24,083 nucleotides of DNA from Vezdaea acicularis (taxonomy: Eukaryota). The notes below the pieces were generated by a model that ran no database searches, was not told the DNA's origin, and worked only from the letters and a program-made list of their open reading frames with translations. The stretch covers positions 62,001-86,083 of the forward strand of contig JAPEUI010000076.1 of the NCBI GenBank assembly GCA_026025075.1, in the 5' to 3' direction. The position numbers and the translations under genes are program-made. Shown piece by piece: positions 21,692 through 24,083 of this stretch (its first letter is position 1; the number at the start of each line of letters is the position of its first letter).

Positions 21692-22980
21692 GCTTGACCC
21701 CTGGCGTTTTTCACGTTCTGAGGATTTGAATGGCGTTGGACTATGGTGTATTAGGATCTGGCCACAAGCTGCTTTACACTACTTGCGCTCCGCTGCGACT
21801 TATTGGGCTGGGGGAAACGAGCTCTGCTCCTCGTCAATCTATATTTCATGACGAGTATTGGTGGATTTGAGGGGCTGTATAGAAGGCTTCCATTGGGCAT
21901 CTTCCCATCATGAATGTATTGTAGCCACTACACTGTAGTGATAGATAGATAATTAGATGGACTAATAAGAGACCAATTCGAAAGATACACCGTGCACAAG
22001 CTCAACTGCATTGCTGAGGTCGTCAAATGCAGCTACGCGGTCGAGCGTTAAATTGATAAAAGCTGACGCGTTGGCCATGAGCTACACATCCTGCAGCGCT
22101 CCTTACGTTAAACCAACCCCTCGGCGCAGATAATCAGTTTGCTGGTCCACTTCTGTTTATTTGAATTTTTCGAATTTTTTCCTTTAGTTTGCAAATTCCC
22201 AGAACTGCTCTCTTCATCGATGTTTTTTTTGTTTTTGGATCTGTCCTCAGGGGAAAGACCCGAGACGGGCAAAAGCGGAGACTACGAGTATGTTCGTAGT
22301 TAAGAGCTGATGCCCCGTGTCATGATCACCGAGTAAATTGAAACGGCTGTGGCTAAAAATTAAGTTGAAAAATGATTAGCCTTGCCACAACAATTAATGT
22401 AGTATCCAGGTCCTAATTGTCGATGCACGTGTTATGTTCGTGAGTTTAGACGTTATGACGACGGCTTGCATTAAAATTGGCGAAATTTATGTCTTGTGAG
22501 ACGGGACTTATATTCTTCGAAAGCAAGCTTGAATTACGCTCTTTTCCGACCAATTGCACCGTTTCTGGTACAACATCCTTTCCTGTCCTACGCGTTCTTC
22601 CAAATTAATGTTCTGGAAAGCTGTATATTGGATTCGACGTGGCTTCGCACGCAGCTTCACAATGCTATGACTGTATACGCCAATCTCGAACCCTGACTCA
22701 TGCCCGTCGTTTACGGTGTTATAAAGCGCCAACATTCTCTTTAACTCGACCTGCGGCCTTGGAGTTAGGACGTAGATTCAATAGCGCGCTTGGTCAACGC
22801 GGTCACCCACCGAAATTTGTCACCTGCATTACAACTTCCCGGTATGCTTCAAGCTTGAGCCCTCGACGAGATCAGCGATCACGAAGCTCAAGAATTTGCG
22901 CCCCCCACGAACCCAAGACTCTCCAGACTCGAGCTGCTTCGAAGCTTTCGAAACCTTACTGGAGTTATCTCAAAACAAAA

Positions 22981-24083
22981 ATGAAGTCATATGCACAATT
23001 CGTGACGACCCCGACGGCTGATACCCAGGGGACTTCTCTAGTTCTGCACTTCGATGACAAAACATACCTCTTCGGCAACAATTGCGAAGGTACACAGCGA
23101 GCCTTTACGCAGCAGAAGCTAAAGCTTACTAAGCTTTCACACATATTTCTCAGTGGGCGGACAGAGTGGAGCAATATAGGAGGGTTGATTGGGACTATCC
23201 TCAGCGTTGCAGACGTTACGAGCAGCGCAGTAAAGGATAGGGCTGTGCTTAAAAATGAAGATAACCAGAAGAATGGTCCAGGGAAAAAGGCGGCATCCTT
23301 GGACTTGCCTTCATTGACTATTCATGGTGGTCAAAATCTATTTCACACCCTAGCCGCGACTAGGCGGTTCATCTTTCGCAAAGGCATGCCGATTGACGTG
23401 GAGGAGTTTTCTGAATCGAAGAAGGACGCAAATGCAGAATCTACTTGGGAGCCAACGTGGCAGGATGACAATATAAGAGTGTACAAGATGGCCATAGATC
23501 CCAAGGAGCCGTCGCCAACATCAACCCCAGTATCATCGCAGAAACGGAGTTTTGACGTGGCTAATGGTATCTTTGCCGAGGAGGAGAGGTCATCAGAAGA
23601 GGACCAGCAGCTCCGAAAGGATGTCGTGGGTCACATGTTCCGTTCAAAATGGGATGCAAACCAGTTAGAAGAAATGTTGATCTCTCAAGTTCATCTGCCT
23701 GCTACGCTGTATATTCGGGACGAAGCGACAGGACAAGCTGTGAAGTACAGAGGACCATTACCGCAACCGGGAAAACCGGTCAATCCTGATATCAAAGTTC
23801 TAGTGCGGAAGCCTTGGCCTGCATCGCTGTACGGCCTTCTGCCTCCCACCCAACCGTCTAAAACGTCCCTTTCTTATATTGTTCGCAACCATCCACAACG
23901 AGGAAAGTTTCTTCCAGAAATAGCCAAGAGATTAGGTGTGGAAAGGCAGCAATGGAAGAATCTTACAGCAGGAAAGCAAGTGGAAGCAAGTGGCGGAAAG
24001 ATCGTGACACCAGACATGGTGATGGAGAAGGGAACGGAAGGTAACGGATTCACAGTAATCGACCTACCTTCTCGATCCTATGT
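22981..24083 (+). CDS. TRZ1: tRNase Z long form (ELAC2/Trz1), N-terminal half, truncated by window edge
   Basis: Open frame from ATG 22981 to the window end: MKSYAQFVTTPTADTQGTSLVLHFDDKTYLFGNNCEGTQRAF, IFLSGRTEWSNIGGLIG, IHGGQNLFHTLAATRRFIFRKGMP, flexible-arm region RGKFLPEIAKRLGV...VTPDMV. It is absent from the ORF track because no stop falls in the window. Confidence 0.93.
   Translation, partial: MKSYAQFVTTPTADTQGTSLVLHFDDKTYLFGNNCEGTQRAFTQQKLKLTKLSHIFLSGRTEWSNIGGLIGTILSVADVTSSAVKDRAVLKNEDNQKNGPGKKAASLDLPSLTIHGGQNLFHTLAATRRFIFRKGMPIDVEEFSESKKDANAESTWEPTWQDDNIRVYKMAIDPKEPSPTSTPVSSQKRSFDVANGIFAEEERSSEEDQQLRKDVVGHMFRSKWDANQLEEMLISQVHLPATLYIRDEATGQAVKYRGPLPQPGKPVNPDIKVLVRKPWPASLYGLLPPTQPSKTSLSYIVRNHPQRGKFLPEIAKRLGVERQQWKNLTAGKQVEASGGKIVTPDMVMEKGTEGNGFTVIDLPSRSY

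Noticed and set aside
22667..22697. uORF ending CCC TGA C (fungal antizyme-type +1 shift site) upstream of TRZ1
   Set aside because: A +1 shift from this frame does not reach the TRZ1 frame and meets a stop within about 10 codons.
1..24083. tRNA, rRNA, snRNA genes, transposons, CRISPR arrays
   Set aside because: No A/B-box cloverleaf, snRNA conserved motifs, transposase or reverse transcriptase ORFs, terminal repeats or repeat-spacer arrays were seen.

Overview
Intron-containing filamentous ascomycete (Pezizomycotina) genomic DNA with short GT-AG introns (mostly 49-60 nt, usually with CTRAY branch sites). Gene order: 5' end of a secreted protein (-, runs off the left edge); about 2.6 kb GC-rich upstream region; DML1/misato (-); Cys-rich CFEM-like, probably GPI-anchored protein (+); coiled-coil protein (+); divergent RPS5 (-)/RPS25 (+) pair; cytochrome b5-like heme/steroid-binding protein (-); Rag GTPase GTR2 (-) divergent from an HST2-type sirtuin (+); molybdenum-cofactor step-1 locus moaA/moaC (-); ADA-1/LziP-like bZIP factor (+); tRNase Z TRZ1 (+, runs off the right edge). 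The two most interesting signals are expression mechanisms. (1) The moaA stop codon lies inside a 5' splice site. One acceptor gives an in-frame MoaA-MoaC fusion, and a second acceptor rebuilds the Gly-Gly-stop end one base before the MoaC AUG. (2) TRZ1 has a 124-codon AUG-less, Arg/Ser-rich in-frame upstream extension, overlapped by an out-of-frame AUG ORF that itself reads like a mitochondrial presequence. Exon structures were derived by hand from splice signals, frame and family motifs; no database searches were run.
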